IMG/VR virus record: IMGVR_UViG_3300025530_000046
Span: 1-27,394 of that record
Origin: a virus
Lineage: Duplodnaviria; Caudoviricetes
Direction: 5' to 3' (one strand)
DNA length: 27,394 nucleotides
The notes under the pieces are model-generated. The model saw only the letters and a list, made by a program, of their open reading frames with translations, was not told the origin of the DNA and ran no database searches. The position numbers and the translations under genes are program-made. This document shows, one piece after another, positions 1 through 8,560 of this stretch (the stretch's first letter is position 1; every line of letters starts with the position of its first letter).

Positions 1-290
1 CCTGAACTATTGAGGTAAAATTCAATGATGCCCCGACTAGCAGTTCCTAGCGGGTATTCCGAAATCTTAATATGGAACGCGCACCCCAGGGTGGTCAGGT
101 TCTGTCCAAGCGGTATTCTCAGACCGTTATTTAACCCAACTACGTTGTTGAACTTTACGGACTTGCCTCGGCCATAGGGCGTGTCGTCGGAAATTTCCGC
201 CGGAAGGCTTCCTGTCGTAGCCGACCAGAAGGCGTACGCATCAGTCAGGACGCCATACTGATCAAAACCGTCGCAAAAGAGAATGGCCAT
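1..290 (-). CDS. Tail-associated putative ConA/LamG-like protein (5' part; runs off left edge)
   Basis: Not in ORF track. Translated by hand from ATG at 290: MAILFCDGFDQYGVLTDAYAFWSATTGSLPAEISDDTPYGRGKSVKF..., open to the window edge, starting 1 nt after the fibre gene stop. N-terminus resembles the 8560..9666 protein. Confidence 0.7.
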   Translation of the reverse strand, partial: MAILFCDGFDQYGVLTDAYAFWSATTGSLPAEISDDTPYGRGKSVKFNNVVGLNNGLRIPLGQNLTTLGCAFHIKISEYPLGTASRGIIEFYLNSS

Positions 291-291
291 C

Positions 292-2961
292 TTAGCGGCT
301 CCCCGCAAACGTAATGCCTATATCGGCAATGCCGAACACATTGTTTGGAGCCACGATGTCAAGCCTGTCTCCAGGCTCCAGCTCCACGACTGATGGTGCT
401 GCAAACGTGCCCTCACTCTCGTCGGCAGCGAACTCAATCGTTCCGACTACTAGGCCGTTCTTCTTGACCTGGAACGTGACCGTGCTGGTCGGTGCTGACT
501 GGGCATGAGCGCGACTGCCGTAGAACCCTGCCTGAAGCGTAAGGGATCGGACGGCCACGAAACGGGCTACGATTTCATCTGCCTCTGGCTCTCCGACAAT
601 GAAGACCGAGAGATCAACCTCTACCGGACCCTGGCCACCAACCTGGGCACCCGGCTTCCAGACACCGGCGATTTCGTCCCAGACAAGTGCCTGGCCGTGC
701 TGGGGCGGACTGGTGGAAGTGTCCACATCCGTGAGATCGTCGAGAGACTCCGCCCCTCCCCCAGGACCACCGGGGCCACCCCCGCCAACCGGATTGCCTG
801 CAGTCCAGACCTGGCGATCGGCATCCCAGACAAGAGCCTGGCCGTCTTCCAGCTCCTCCTCACCAAGGTCCACGTCCGTCAGGCCGCCAAGATTGACGTT
901 GACCACGCCTTGCCTGATGCGGCTCTGAGCCGGGAAGTCCGGGTCCTCCCAGTAGGTCACGAGCATGCCCACTTCGCCGCTCGTGGCCTGCTGCACGCGG
1001 TTGTCAAGGGCGACCTTGTTCGGAGCACCGCCCAGCGCCGTGGCCGCGCTGACAGTTCCGAACTGGTGCCAGATCAGGCCGTCATAGGAGACCAGGGCTA
1101 GGACGTTGTTGCCGTCAAAGATGAGGCGCATCCACTGGTAATGGTTCGGCTCGGTGATCAGTACCGTCTCCGTGCCGGAGGCGTTCACGTAGCCGAACCG
1201 CATGCTGTACTGGGTGTCCGAATTGGAGTTGCCCAAGACGAGGAACACCAGCGCACCGTTGGCCGCCCGCTGGATGGCCACACCAGCAGCATGGCCGCCC
1301 GCCTCAAAGCCCGTGGGGGCGATACGCGCCGTGATCTGCCAGGGGGCGGTATTGTTGATCAGCGTGCGGGACGCAAGGCAGTGCTTGATGCCAGCAGGCT
1401 GAGAGCCCGGCTGGAACAGCATGCCACGGTTCTTCACGTCCATGAGGACCGCCGAAGGTGCGTTGAAGCGGTCCGGGAACATGTTCTTGTTCGGCGGTGC
1501 AAACGGACCGAACTCGTAGAGCGCAGGCTCCACGGTGCCGTCCACCTCGCCTACCGTGCCACCCGTAGGCCGGTCAGCCCGCCACTTACCGGCGAGCGCG
1601 TCATAGACCAGAGCATCGCCGTCCTGCGGGGCCTTGGCGCTGAAGTCCACGTCACCCAGCGTCGAGAGATTCCCGCCCCCGCTGTCGATCGTGACGATGT
1701 AGTGGTTCGGGTTCTCCTCGTCCTCGACCGCTACGACACCCGAGCCTTTGAAATTAATTGCAATCGGGTCGATCAGAATCTGATCGTTGATGTAGAAGTC
1801 AACCTGCTCCTGCTCATCGATCGTAACCGTGACCTTACCGGGCGAGGTCTCAACCGCCGTGGCCCCCTCGAACGTCAGCTCCGTCAGCTGGGTCGTGATG
1901 TTCTGGTTGTCCCAGCGCACCGTTATGGTGGGCGGGAGTGAGGCATAGACGAAGCCGTTCTGGCTGTTGTTGACGACCAGCACCTGCCCCGGATTGCCGT
2001 AGCCGGGCGGTACATCGCCCAGGGAGCCGAGCTTGAAGTTCGAGTTCTGCAAGAGGTCGTCGAGGCTCTTGAACTCGAGCTGGCTCTCGGTCGGGTCCAC
2101 TACGAGGAAATGGTTCGCATAACCCTCGAAGGTCTGCGGACCATCGACCATGCCCAGGAAGCTGTAGGTGATGACAGCAGGGGACGGCCCCCACGCAGAG
2201 CCGTTGAACGCCAGAACGTCCCCCGGCTGGGCGTCGTCCACGAACACGTCTGGCAGATGATCCAGGCCGGGGACCGGGATCGTGTCCTGCGGCGGCTGGA
2301 ACTGCAGCTTGCCGTCCTGCCAGACAGCCACGTAGCCGTCTGACGCGCCGGACAGATCGACATCGGACAGGTCATTGAGCTGGGTCGCGCCGCCGTCAAG
2401 GTTGATCGTCTTGTTGACCCACTTGCCCTCTACCGCGTCGTAGACCAGGGCCTGGCCATCCTCCACGTTCGTGATGACCACATTCTGCAGGTCATCGATA
2501 GCAAGATCGGCAGACGGAAGGGGCGAAGGCACCCACAGACCCTCGGACTGGTTCCATCTAAGGACGTAGCCGTTGATCGGGGCCACACCCGACACATCCG
2601 TCAGATCGCTGAGTGCTGCGGGCGTGCCTGCCGGGTCCTCTGTCCAGTTCGTGGCCTGCCTGGTCCAGTACGATCCGGTGGACTCGACCCACAGCTTCAT
2701 CTTCTGCGGGACGTTGATGATGTGCCAGCCGTTGAACCAGAACGCGATGTGGTGGGAGTAGCCGTTCCAGGCACCAGTCGGGTTCGAGCCGATGATGTAC
2801 AGGTCACCGTCATCGGGGTTGGCCGGAGGTGCGTTCGTGATGCCCTTCGCTACACGCGCAATGAGGGCGTCGAAGGTTACGAAACCTTCGTTGATGATGA
2901 CCTCCTTGTTGACCGTGTTGGTCGCAAGGAGGTTCACTCCGAGTTTAGGCGTCGCAACCAT
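292..2961 (-). CDS. DUF2793-containing tail fibre/adaptor protein with LxDLxDV repeats and a central lectin-like domain
   Basis: N-terminal KEVIINEG..FDAL...PPANPDDGDLYIIG..PTGAW.G...IAFW..GW is DUF2793-like. Repeated LxDLxDV...G.xLx(W/Y)...W units. Start placed at ATG 2961 (TGATG overlap with the upstream stop; GGAGG at 2973-2977). Confidence 0.8.
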   Translation of the reverse strand: MVATPKLGVNLLATNTVNKEVIINEGFVTFDALIARVAKGITNAPPANPDDGDLYIIGSNPTGAWNGYSHHIAFWFNGWHIINVPQKMKLWVESTGSYWTRQATNWTEDPAGTPAALSDLTDVSGVAPINGYVLRWNQSEGLWVPSPLPSADLAIDDLQNVVITNVEDGQALVYDAVEGKWVNKTINLDGGATQLNDLSDVDLSGASDGYVAVWQDGKLQFQPPQDTIPVPGLDHLPDVFVDDAQPGDVLAFNGSAWGPSPAVITYSFLGMVDGPQTFEGYANHFLVVDPTESQLEFKSLDDLLQNSNFKLGSLGDVPPGYGNPGQVLVVNNSQNGFVYASLPPTITVRWDNQNITTQLTELTFEGATAVETSPGKVTVTIDEQEQVDFYINDQILIDPIAINFKGSGVVAVEDEENPNHYIVTIDSGGGNLSTLGDVDFSAKAPQDGDALVYDALAGKWRADRPTGGTVGEVDGTVEPALYEFGPFAPPNKNMFPDRFNAPSAVLMDVKNRGMLFQPGSQPAGIKHCLASRTLINNTAPWQITARIAPTGFEAGGHAAGVAIQRAANGALVFLVLGNSNSDTQYSMRFGYVNASGTETVLITEPNHYQWMRLIFDGNNVLALVSYDGLIWHQFGTVSAATALGGAPNKVALDNRVQQATSGEVGMLVTYWEDPDFPAQSRIRQGVVNVNLGGLTDVDLGEEELEDGQALVWDADRQVWTAGNPVGGGGPGGPGGGAESLDDLTDVDTSTSPPQHGQALVWDEIAGVWKPGAQVGGQGPVEVDLSVFIVGEPEADEIVARFVAVRSLTLQAGFYGSRAHAQSAPTSTVTFQVKKNGLVVGTIEFAADESEGTFAAPSVVELEPGDRLDIVAPNNVFGIADIGITFAGSR
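1749..1762. repeat. Palindrome copy, 1 mismatch, intragenic
   Basis: TGAAATTAATTGCA. Confidence 0.7.
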
Positions 2962-5543
2962 CAGACCCAAACCTCCGCGGCAAATCCTCTGCCGACGATG
3001 CTGCCAATTTGATACAGCCTTAGCTGCACCTTGTCTTGGATCGTCCCGAAGTCAGAGAGGTGGTTGGCTGCACTGTAAGTCCACTGACGGGTCTCATTCA
3101 GATGCTCGGTCCGCACAACGGTGTTTCCGTTGAGCACCTCCACCTCGTACTCCTCTGTCGGCTGATCGAATGGCGTGCCCTGACCGTTGAGCAGCAGGCC
3201 GTTCTGGCGCACACGGGGCAGCCACTCGAGCTCGATCGAGCCGTCATCCCTCCTCAAAGCCGACTTGATGAACGGTGAGTAGGGGCGCTTCGAGTTTCCG
3301 GTGTTCGTGAACTGGAGATCAGTGGCGGAGTCCAGGTCCTCGCCCACCGAGATTGCCCGGAACCGCCCCTCCACGTTCAGCAGCGATGCGTCGTGCGTGA
3401 CGCGATCCGTGCCATTCATCGTGAGCATGACGAAACGGTCGGCCTTGTCATGGAGATCGATTGCCCACTCGGTGCCCCTAAGCCCACGGAGCAGCGTGTG
3501 CAGCTCCCACAGCCCGTTGCCCAGGTCTATCGCCCCAGCGAACTGGATGATCTCATCGCCCACCACAGCCACGTTGACGGGCATCTGCAGGAGCTCCTGC
3601 TCGGTACGGCTCTGGATCACGGCGTGGGCGTTTCTCAGGCGGACACGCAGTCTGTTGGCCCGATCCCACACCCCAGGATGCCCATAGCCCAACTTGTTCA
3701 GCGTGAAGCCGTGCGGCACGTCCTCGTCATTGTAGGCGACCGTAATCCATTCCGCACCGGAGCTGTCCTGGGTGGGCGTCGTACCGAAGACCGGGACCAC
3801 CCCGCCATCTGCCATGTCGAGGACCAGGTACCCGCCGTTCCATCCCGTCCGCGTCCCACCTAGCACCACGTAGAACCCTACATTGTCCTCCTCGGTGTCC
3901 ATGAGCAGCGGCAGATCGAGGAGATAGGGCACTGTGATCGAGGCGATGGGCGGCGCATCCGTCTCGTCGTCATCTACAATGAGATCGGTCGAGGCGTTTG
4001 CGGCGATAAAATCGACCGGGTGGTGGTCGATCATCTTCATCTCGATGATGCCGTTCGCGCCGGTATTTACCTCAGTGATGCGGGCACCACGGAACATACG
4101 TGTGCCCTTCACCTCGGGGATCAGCACGAAGTCACCCGGCTCCATAATGATGTACTTGCGAGGCAGGAAGTACGTGTACTCGCGCCGTGCCTTCCAGATG
4201 TTGGACAGCGCCTCCTCCACGCGGGACTTGGCCTCGGAGCGGGTCAGAGCGATCGTGACATCGATCTCCCGAACCATGTTCGAGGCCGTCACCATTCGCT
4301 GGGCCGTCATGGTGTTCATCGAGTAGTTACGGCCCGGCTCCTGGTAGCTGAGCGTGAGCTTCTGTGGCAGGTCGAACTCCTGCACGCGCACGATCGTCTC
4401 TGACGGCGGGGGCTCGTCGCCCTGCTCGTGAGCACCGAAGTCCTCTGGCCGAAGGATCGCCACAGCCCGCTTGTCTAGCCAGGAGAACCTCAGACGATAC
4501 GCGGTTTCCGCGCCGTCGAAGGGATAGATCATCTGCAGGTCCTGGATAACGTTTCGGGCAGACGTGGCCTGCGTTACGGCGAAACCGGGCACGAAGGCAT
4601 CCCCGATCTCAGCCGTCGAGAACTCGCTTTCGTCCATCCCGCTTTCCCGGCAGATGTCGGCCAGGATTTCCCGGAGCTGCACGTCACCCGGAGTTTTCTC
4701 GACCTCCACGTTGAAAGCCGGGATCGAGTTGCCGAAGTCCTCAAGCTGCAGGTTGTCTATGACGAAGTAACAAGTTCCCCGGAAGGCCGGGACATTGCCC
4801 ACGCCCTTGTAGCTTTCAATGGTCGGGTCGGGGGTCTGATCCTCTGTGCCCAGATAGATGCGCAGCCGGTCGAAGCGGCTCTTGTAGCTGAGGTACTCCT
4901 TTTCCTTGTCGAGGCCGGAGAACATTCGGGACACGACCTCCGACACCCCGGCATAGGAGGGCTGCGTGTTGCCGATCGGGTGACTGATCACCCAGTTGAT
5001 CGCCTGTTGTGGCGTCTCGAGCGTGTACTCCCCGAGCTCGTAGTTGTTGAAGGCAAAGATGAACGCGCTGACGTGCGCCTCATCCACGTCCACGCCCGCG
5101 TCCAGCAGCCGCTGGCCCTCCTCGTAGTACGCAGTCAGGAAGTCCTGCTGGGCCTCGCCAGCGATCTCCGGGTTCTGCCAGAGGAGCTTCTGGTTCGCCC
5201 AGATGCGCCGGATACGGTAGACCGGCCCCTTGCACACGGCGATCGCGCAGTAGACCGAGTACGTATAGGTGATCTGCTTCTGCTTACGTGAGCCGCCTCC
5301 GCCCTTTCCTCCCCCGCCGACCTTTTCCACATGCTTGGTCTCGATCAGCTTCGAGGTCCAGATCAGCTGACCAGGGAGCTTCATGGTACCCCAGTGCCGG
5401 ACAATCGGATTGCCGGGGCTCACCGCGGGAACGTTGATGTCGGACAGCCGCGGCCCTTCGATGGGCTTCGGCTTGGGCATGAACGCCTGCTGCAGGAAGT
5501 AACCGCCGACACCAATGGCGATGCCGATTGCGAGTGTAGCCAT
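2961..5543 (-). CDS. Central tail/host-specificity protein (Phage-tail_3, GTA g15 megatron-like)
   Basis: Motifs GPRLSD, GxPI..HWG, YTYS...AIA.C.GP, Q.PDPTI, VPAFRG.CY.V...LQL.DFGN.IP, and LLRGLRGTE. Lies downstream of the NlpC/P60 gene. Confidence 0.85.
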   Translation of the reverse strand: MATLAIGIAIGVGGYFLQQAFMPKPKPIEGPRLSDINVPAVSPGNPIVRHWGTMKLPGQLIWTSKLIETKHVEKVGGGGKGGGGSRKQKQITYTYSVYCAIAVCKGPVYRIRRIWANQKLLWQNPEIAGEAQQDFLTAYYEEGQRLLDAGVDVDEAHVSAFIFAFNNYELGEYTLETPQQAINWVISHPIGNTQPSYAGVSEVVSRMFSGLDKEKEYLSYKSRFDRLRIYLGTEDQTPDPTIESYKGVGNVPAFRGTCYFVIDNLQLEDFGNSIPAFNVEVEKTPGDVQLREILADICRESGMDESEFSTAEIGDAFVPGFAVTQATSARNVIQDLQMIYPFDGAETAYRLRFSWLDKRAVAILRPEDFGAHEQGDEPPPSETIVRVQEFDLPQKLTLSYQEPGRNYSMNTMTAQRMVTASNMVREIDVTIALTRSEAKSRVEEALSNIWKARREYTYFLPRKYIIMEPGDFVLIPEVKGTRMFRGARITEVNTGANGIIEMKMIDHHPVDFIAANASTDLIVDDDETDAPPIASITVPYLLDLPLLMDTEEDNVGFYVVLGGTRTGWNGGYLVLDMADGGVVPVFGTTPTQDSSGAEWITVAYNDEDVPHGFTLNKLGYGHPGVWDRANRLRVRLRNAHAVIQSRTEQELLQMPVNVAVVGDEIIQFAGAIDLGNGLWELHTLLRGLRGTEWAIDLHDKADRFVMLTMNGTDRVTHDASLLNVEGRFRAISVGEDLDSATDLQFTNTGNSKRPYSPFIKSALRRDDGSIELEWLPRVRQNGLLLNGQGTPFDQPTEEYEVEVLNGNTVVRTEHLNETRQWTYSAANHLSDFGTIQDKVQLRLYQIGSIVGRGFAAEVWV

Positions 5544-5998
5544 CAGACCGCCTCCGTTCCCGGAAACTCGTAGATGCGCACGAGGCGCTCCCGCCAGAAC
5601 TCATCCCAACCGTGCTCGACCACCGACCCGCGCTTCGAGAAGGCGTGGATCATGGTCAGGCGACCGGCGTGCTCTCCCACGATCGCGAAATGCTGGGGCT
5701 CCCGTTTCCAGCCCCACAGGATGGCGATGTCACCCGGATAGAGTTCCTTGCGATCGGTGATGACGAGGTTCTGATCGGCATGCTCCTGCAGAAGCGTGCC
5801 GGACGGGCTCTCCGTGTAGTTCGCCGGTATATCGACGGGCGGGAAGCCAAGATCGAGCCACACGCCATAGACCAGGCCAATGCAATCAATTGCACGACCT
5901 TTCTGACGGCCCTGGTGACGGTACGGCGTACCTATCCACGACCGGGCGACCTCCACGATCTCGCTGCGAGGGATGATCCTAACGGCCCTTTCCACCAC
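5543..5998 (-). CDS. NlpC/P60 tail-tip cell-wall peptidase (GTA g14-like)
   Basis: ARSWIGTPYRHQGR....DCIGLV.GV, PGD, H.AI, IHA motifs. Start re-called at GTG 5998 (GGAG 7 nt upstream); the ORF-track extension to 6532 overlaps the hub gene. Confidence 0.9.
   Translation of the reverse strand: MVERAVRIIPRSEIVEVARSWIGTPYRHQGRQKGRAIDCIGLVYGVWLDLGFPPVDIPANYTESPSGTLLQEHADQNLVITDRKELYPGDIAILWGWKREPQHFAIVGEHAGRLTMIHAFSKRGSVVEHGWDEFWRERLVRIYEFPGTEAV
5881..5894. repeat. Palindrome copy, 1 mismatch, intragenic
   Basis: TGCAATCAATTGCA. Confidence 0.8.
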
Positions 5999-7271
5999 GG
6001 CGGTTCTCCACTGCTGTTCCCTGCTGCGAGTAGTTGGGCGTGGACAGAGCCTTGTCCTCAGTCGGCATGTCGGGGAACGCCCGCATGTTGTCGATGTTGC
6101 GGAAGATTTCCTTGCAGGCGTATCTGGTCTTCGGGCACCCCTGCCAGGCGCGGAACGTGTCGCCCGGCTTAATCGGGTAAGGCATCGCTTCCATGAGCTT
6201 GAAGCCGGGGCGTGGGTTCCTGGTGTACTCGCGGATTTCCATCTTGAAGCCCGCGTTCTCTCCCGTCTCCCACTGCAGGTAGCCGTACTGGAAGTAATTG
6301 TTCGGGTACGCCGTATTGAAATCCCGGCAGTCGAAAACCGCCCGGTTGTAGACGCCCGTAACGGTTCCGGTGGCCTCCCTCGCGAGACGCGCCTGCCATG
6401 TGACCTCTCCGTCCACCACGGTCGCGCCTTCCGTGGTCGGCCATGCAGGCTCCGTGTTGCCTGTCTTGCCATAACGCAGCGTACGCACTGCTGGCTGGGC
6501 CACCATGGCGTTGCCGGTGCCACTGTGTACACGGCTCCACACGACCCGGAACATTTCGGTGATGGGGCCGAAGAACTTGGACAGTTCCTCCAGCGCCTTG
6601 AAGTGGGCGCTCTGGAAGTACGGATTGTTCGCCGGTACGTCGGTGCTGACCGTGTTCGCGCCGTTCACGCAGTAGTACCAGAAGCCGTTCGGCGTGGAGG
6701 GCCGCACCACCGTCCCCAGGGCCGCGTCGGAGACGACCTCCGCCGTGCACGACATTTCGGGAGCCCATACGGGCGGGTCCATCCTCACCTTGCAGCGATG
6801 GTCACCCAGCGTGGCCGAGCACTCGAGGGTGTAGAAATCCCCGAAGTCCTGCTGCAGGAGCTGCGTCAGAGCCCGTAGCTCGGTCTCGAATTGGCCCTTG
6901 TTGATCTTGACCTCGCCAATCCGGCCACCGCGGATCGGGATGTGACCCCATTCCGGCTTGTCCGGTCTGATCCAGAAGAGCTCGACCTTGGCGTTGTCGT
7001 AGACCCCGCCCATCAGGTCCTTCTCCGTGATGTGGTCGCCGGTCAGGGCGATGGCGTTCATGTTGTCCACGGAGAAGTTGTTCTTGGAGACGTGGGCCGA
7101 AGCCGAGAACGAATTGGTCGGCAGGTACTCCACACCACCATACGTGAACGGCTGATCGCCCGAGGTGAAGCCCATGACGACACCATCCGTCCGGGTCACC
7201 TTCCAGGCGGCCACGATGTACGAGGAAGTCCGGCGCAGCTCATTGAACAGCTCGCTGTTGAGGCGCTTCAT
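5979..7271 (-). CDS. Baseplate hub protein (DUF2163/BR0599, GTA g13-like) with insertion
   Basis: AWKVTRTDG..MGFTS.D, G.YDNA.V, F.TELR.L, C.ATLGD.RC, W.TG.NAG, GCPKT...C...F.N..N.R.FPD.P motifs. Confidence 0.88.
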   Translation of the reverse strand: MKRLNSELFNELRRTSSYIVAAWKVTRTDGVVMGFTSGDQPFTYGGVEYLPTNSFSASAHVSKNNFSVDNMNAIALTGDHITEKDLMGGVYDNAKVELFWIRPDKPEWGHIPIRGGRIGEVKINKGQFETELRALTQLLQQDFGDFYTLECSATLGDHRCKVRMDPPVWAPEMSCTAEVVSDAALGTVVRPSTPNGFWYYCVNGANTVSTDVPANNPYFQSAHFKALEELSKFFGPITEMFRVVWSRVHSGTGNAMVAQPAVRTLRYGKTGNTEPAWPTTEGATVVDGEVTWQARLAREATGTVTGVYNRAVFDCRDFNTAYPNNYFQYGYLQWETGENAGFKMEIREYTRNPRPGFKLMEAMPYPIKPGDTFRAWQGCPKTRYACKEIFRNIDNMRAFPDMPTEDKALSTPNYSQQGTAVENRRGGKGR

Positions 7272-7273
7272 GA

Positions 7274-8560
7274 TTACTGCTCCCCTGGCCTCACTTCGAC
7301 GAGCTTCACGTCAGCCGCGCCACCGATGCCGTACTCCTCCAGAGAGACCGGCAGCCGGTCGGTGTCGAAGCGTACGGGCACCCAGAAATGATAACCTGCC
7401 GTAATCTCGGCTCCCTGATCCGGGGCCGGATGCGAGTAAATCGACACGCCGTTGCGGTTCGTCTCGTTCATCCCGTGTGGGGCCGGGAGGTTGATGTCCA
7501 TGTAGCTCGGCGTGATGTCGAGGATCGGCACTCGGAGTGACTCGCTCGTGTTGTTCTCCGCGTTCAGCCAGTTGATCATCACGATGCGCTCGCCCACGTG
7601 GAACCCGGCGAACAGGTCCGTACCGTCCGCGGTGATCCTCCAGCGGGTCGAGGTGGAGCCGCCCTGGCGAATGATCGAGGCGTTCTGCAGGTTCGTGACG
7701 GCGTGCCTTGGCGTGAACGTGATCTTTCCCGTGTTGTAGTCACACGTCCACCAGCTGACTTCCTGACCGTCTATCGCAATCTTCACGGTGCCGGGCTTCG
7801 GCTTGTAGATCGGGCGGGTCGCGTAATGTTCCCCGGAAAGCGTGGGGTACCGCTTCACGAGCTGGAACGTCTTCGTGAAGTCGTCCCCGACACCGATGAT
7901 CTGGTCGAGCGGGGTGGTATCGGGGATGCTTCTGGCTTCCTCGCGCTGTGCCAGCGTCGAGGTGTAGTCGATATGGTCGTGGTACAGGAAGGCGTGTTTC
8001 TTGCCCTGCATGACCCGGAAGAACGCGATCAGGTCGTGCAGGTGCTCCATGGTGCGGACGCCGTAGGCAACATCATACTCCATGAGCGGCTGATCCCAGC
8101 GGCTGTTGCGCTGGTCGTGGCCGCTGTCCACCATCACCACGTCCGTCTGGTAACGGGTCGCGCCAATCGAGTTGAAGCTGATGTCATGCGGGAACTCTTC
8201 GTTGATGAACATCTCTATCCACTCGAAGTTTGGCGTGAACGTCATGAGGATGCGCAGCTCGGCCTGCGTCATGTAGATGTTGTCGCTGGTCGAAGGAGCG
8301 CCGTAGATCGGGTCCTGTGGCGGTCCAGGCTGACCGGGCTCCTGCCCCCCAGGCCCCTCTGGATCGGGGTTGTACGGGTCTTCCGGGTCGTAGGGCCGAT
8401 TGCGCTGGATGCCGACGAAATTGAGATACGCCTGGGTCGCACGAAAGCGTGGGAAGAGCGCGGTCGCACTTACGCGCTCCTCGACCTGCGTGACCCTGGT
8501 CTCCGGCTGCTCTTGCGGAGCCAGTATTCTGGACTCGCCTTGTGTGACCCGGATCGACAT
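7274..8560 (-). CDS. Distal tail protein (DUF2460, GTA g12-like) with N-terminal extension and insertion
   Basis: FP.DIS......Y.T.V....SG.DQRN..W, L..LIAFF....G....F...D..D, FQLVK.Y, R.I.KP..GTV, ITAGY.F.VPVRFDTD motifs. Confidence 0.88.
   Translation of the reverse strand: MSIRVTQGESRILAPQEQPETRVTQVEERVSATALFPRFRATQAYLNFVGIQRNRPYDPEDPYNPDPEGPGGQEPGQPGPPQDPIYGAPSTSDNIYMTQAELRILMTFTPNFEWIEMFINEEFPHDISFNSIGATRYQTDVVMVDSGHDQRNSRWDQPLMEYDVAYGVRTMEHLHDLIAFFRVMQGKKHAFLYHDHIDYTSTLAQREEARSIPDTTPLDQIIGVGDDFTKTFQLVKRYPTLSGEHYATRPIYKPKPGTVKIAIDGQEVSWWTCDYNTGKITFTPRHAVTNLQNASIIRQGGSTSTRWRITADGTDLFAGFHVGERIVMINWLNAENNTSESLRVPILDITPSYMDINLPAPHGMNETNRNGVSIYSHPAPDQGAEITAGYHFWVPVRFDTDRLPVSLEEYGIGGAADVKLVEVRPGEQ

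Noticed and set aside
5999-6532. N-terminal extension of the NlpC/P60 ORF in the track
   Set aside because: Overlaps the hub gene in another frame; a better start with an RBS exists at 5998.
2961-8560. Gene transfer agent cluster
   Set aside because: The tail tip is GTA-like, but the long tape measure, PBSX-type head genes and own polymerase indicate a true phage.
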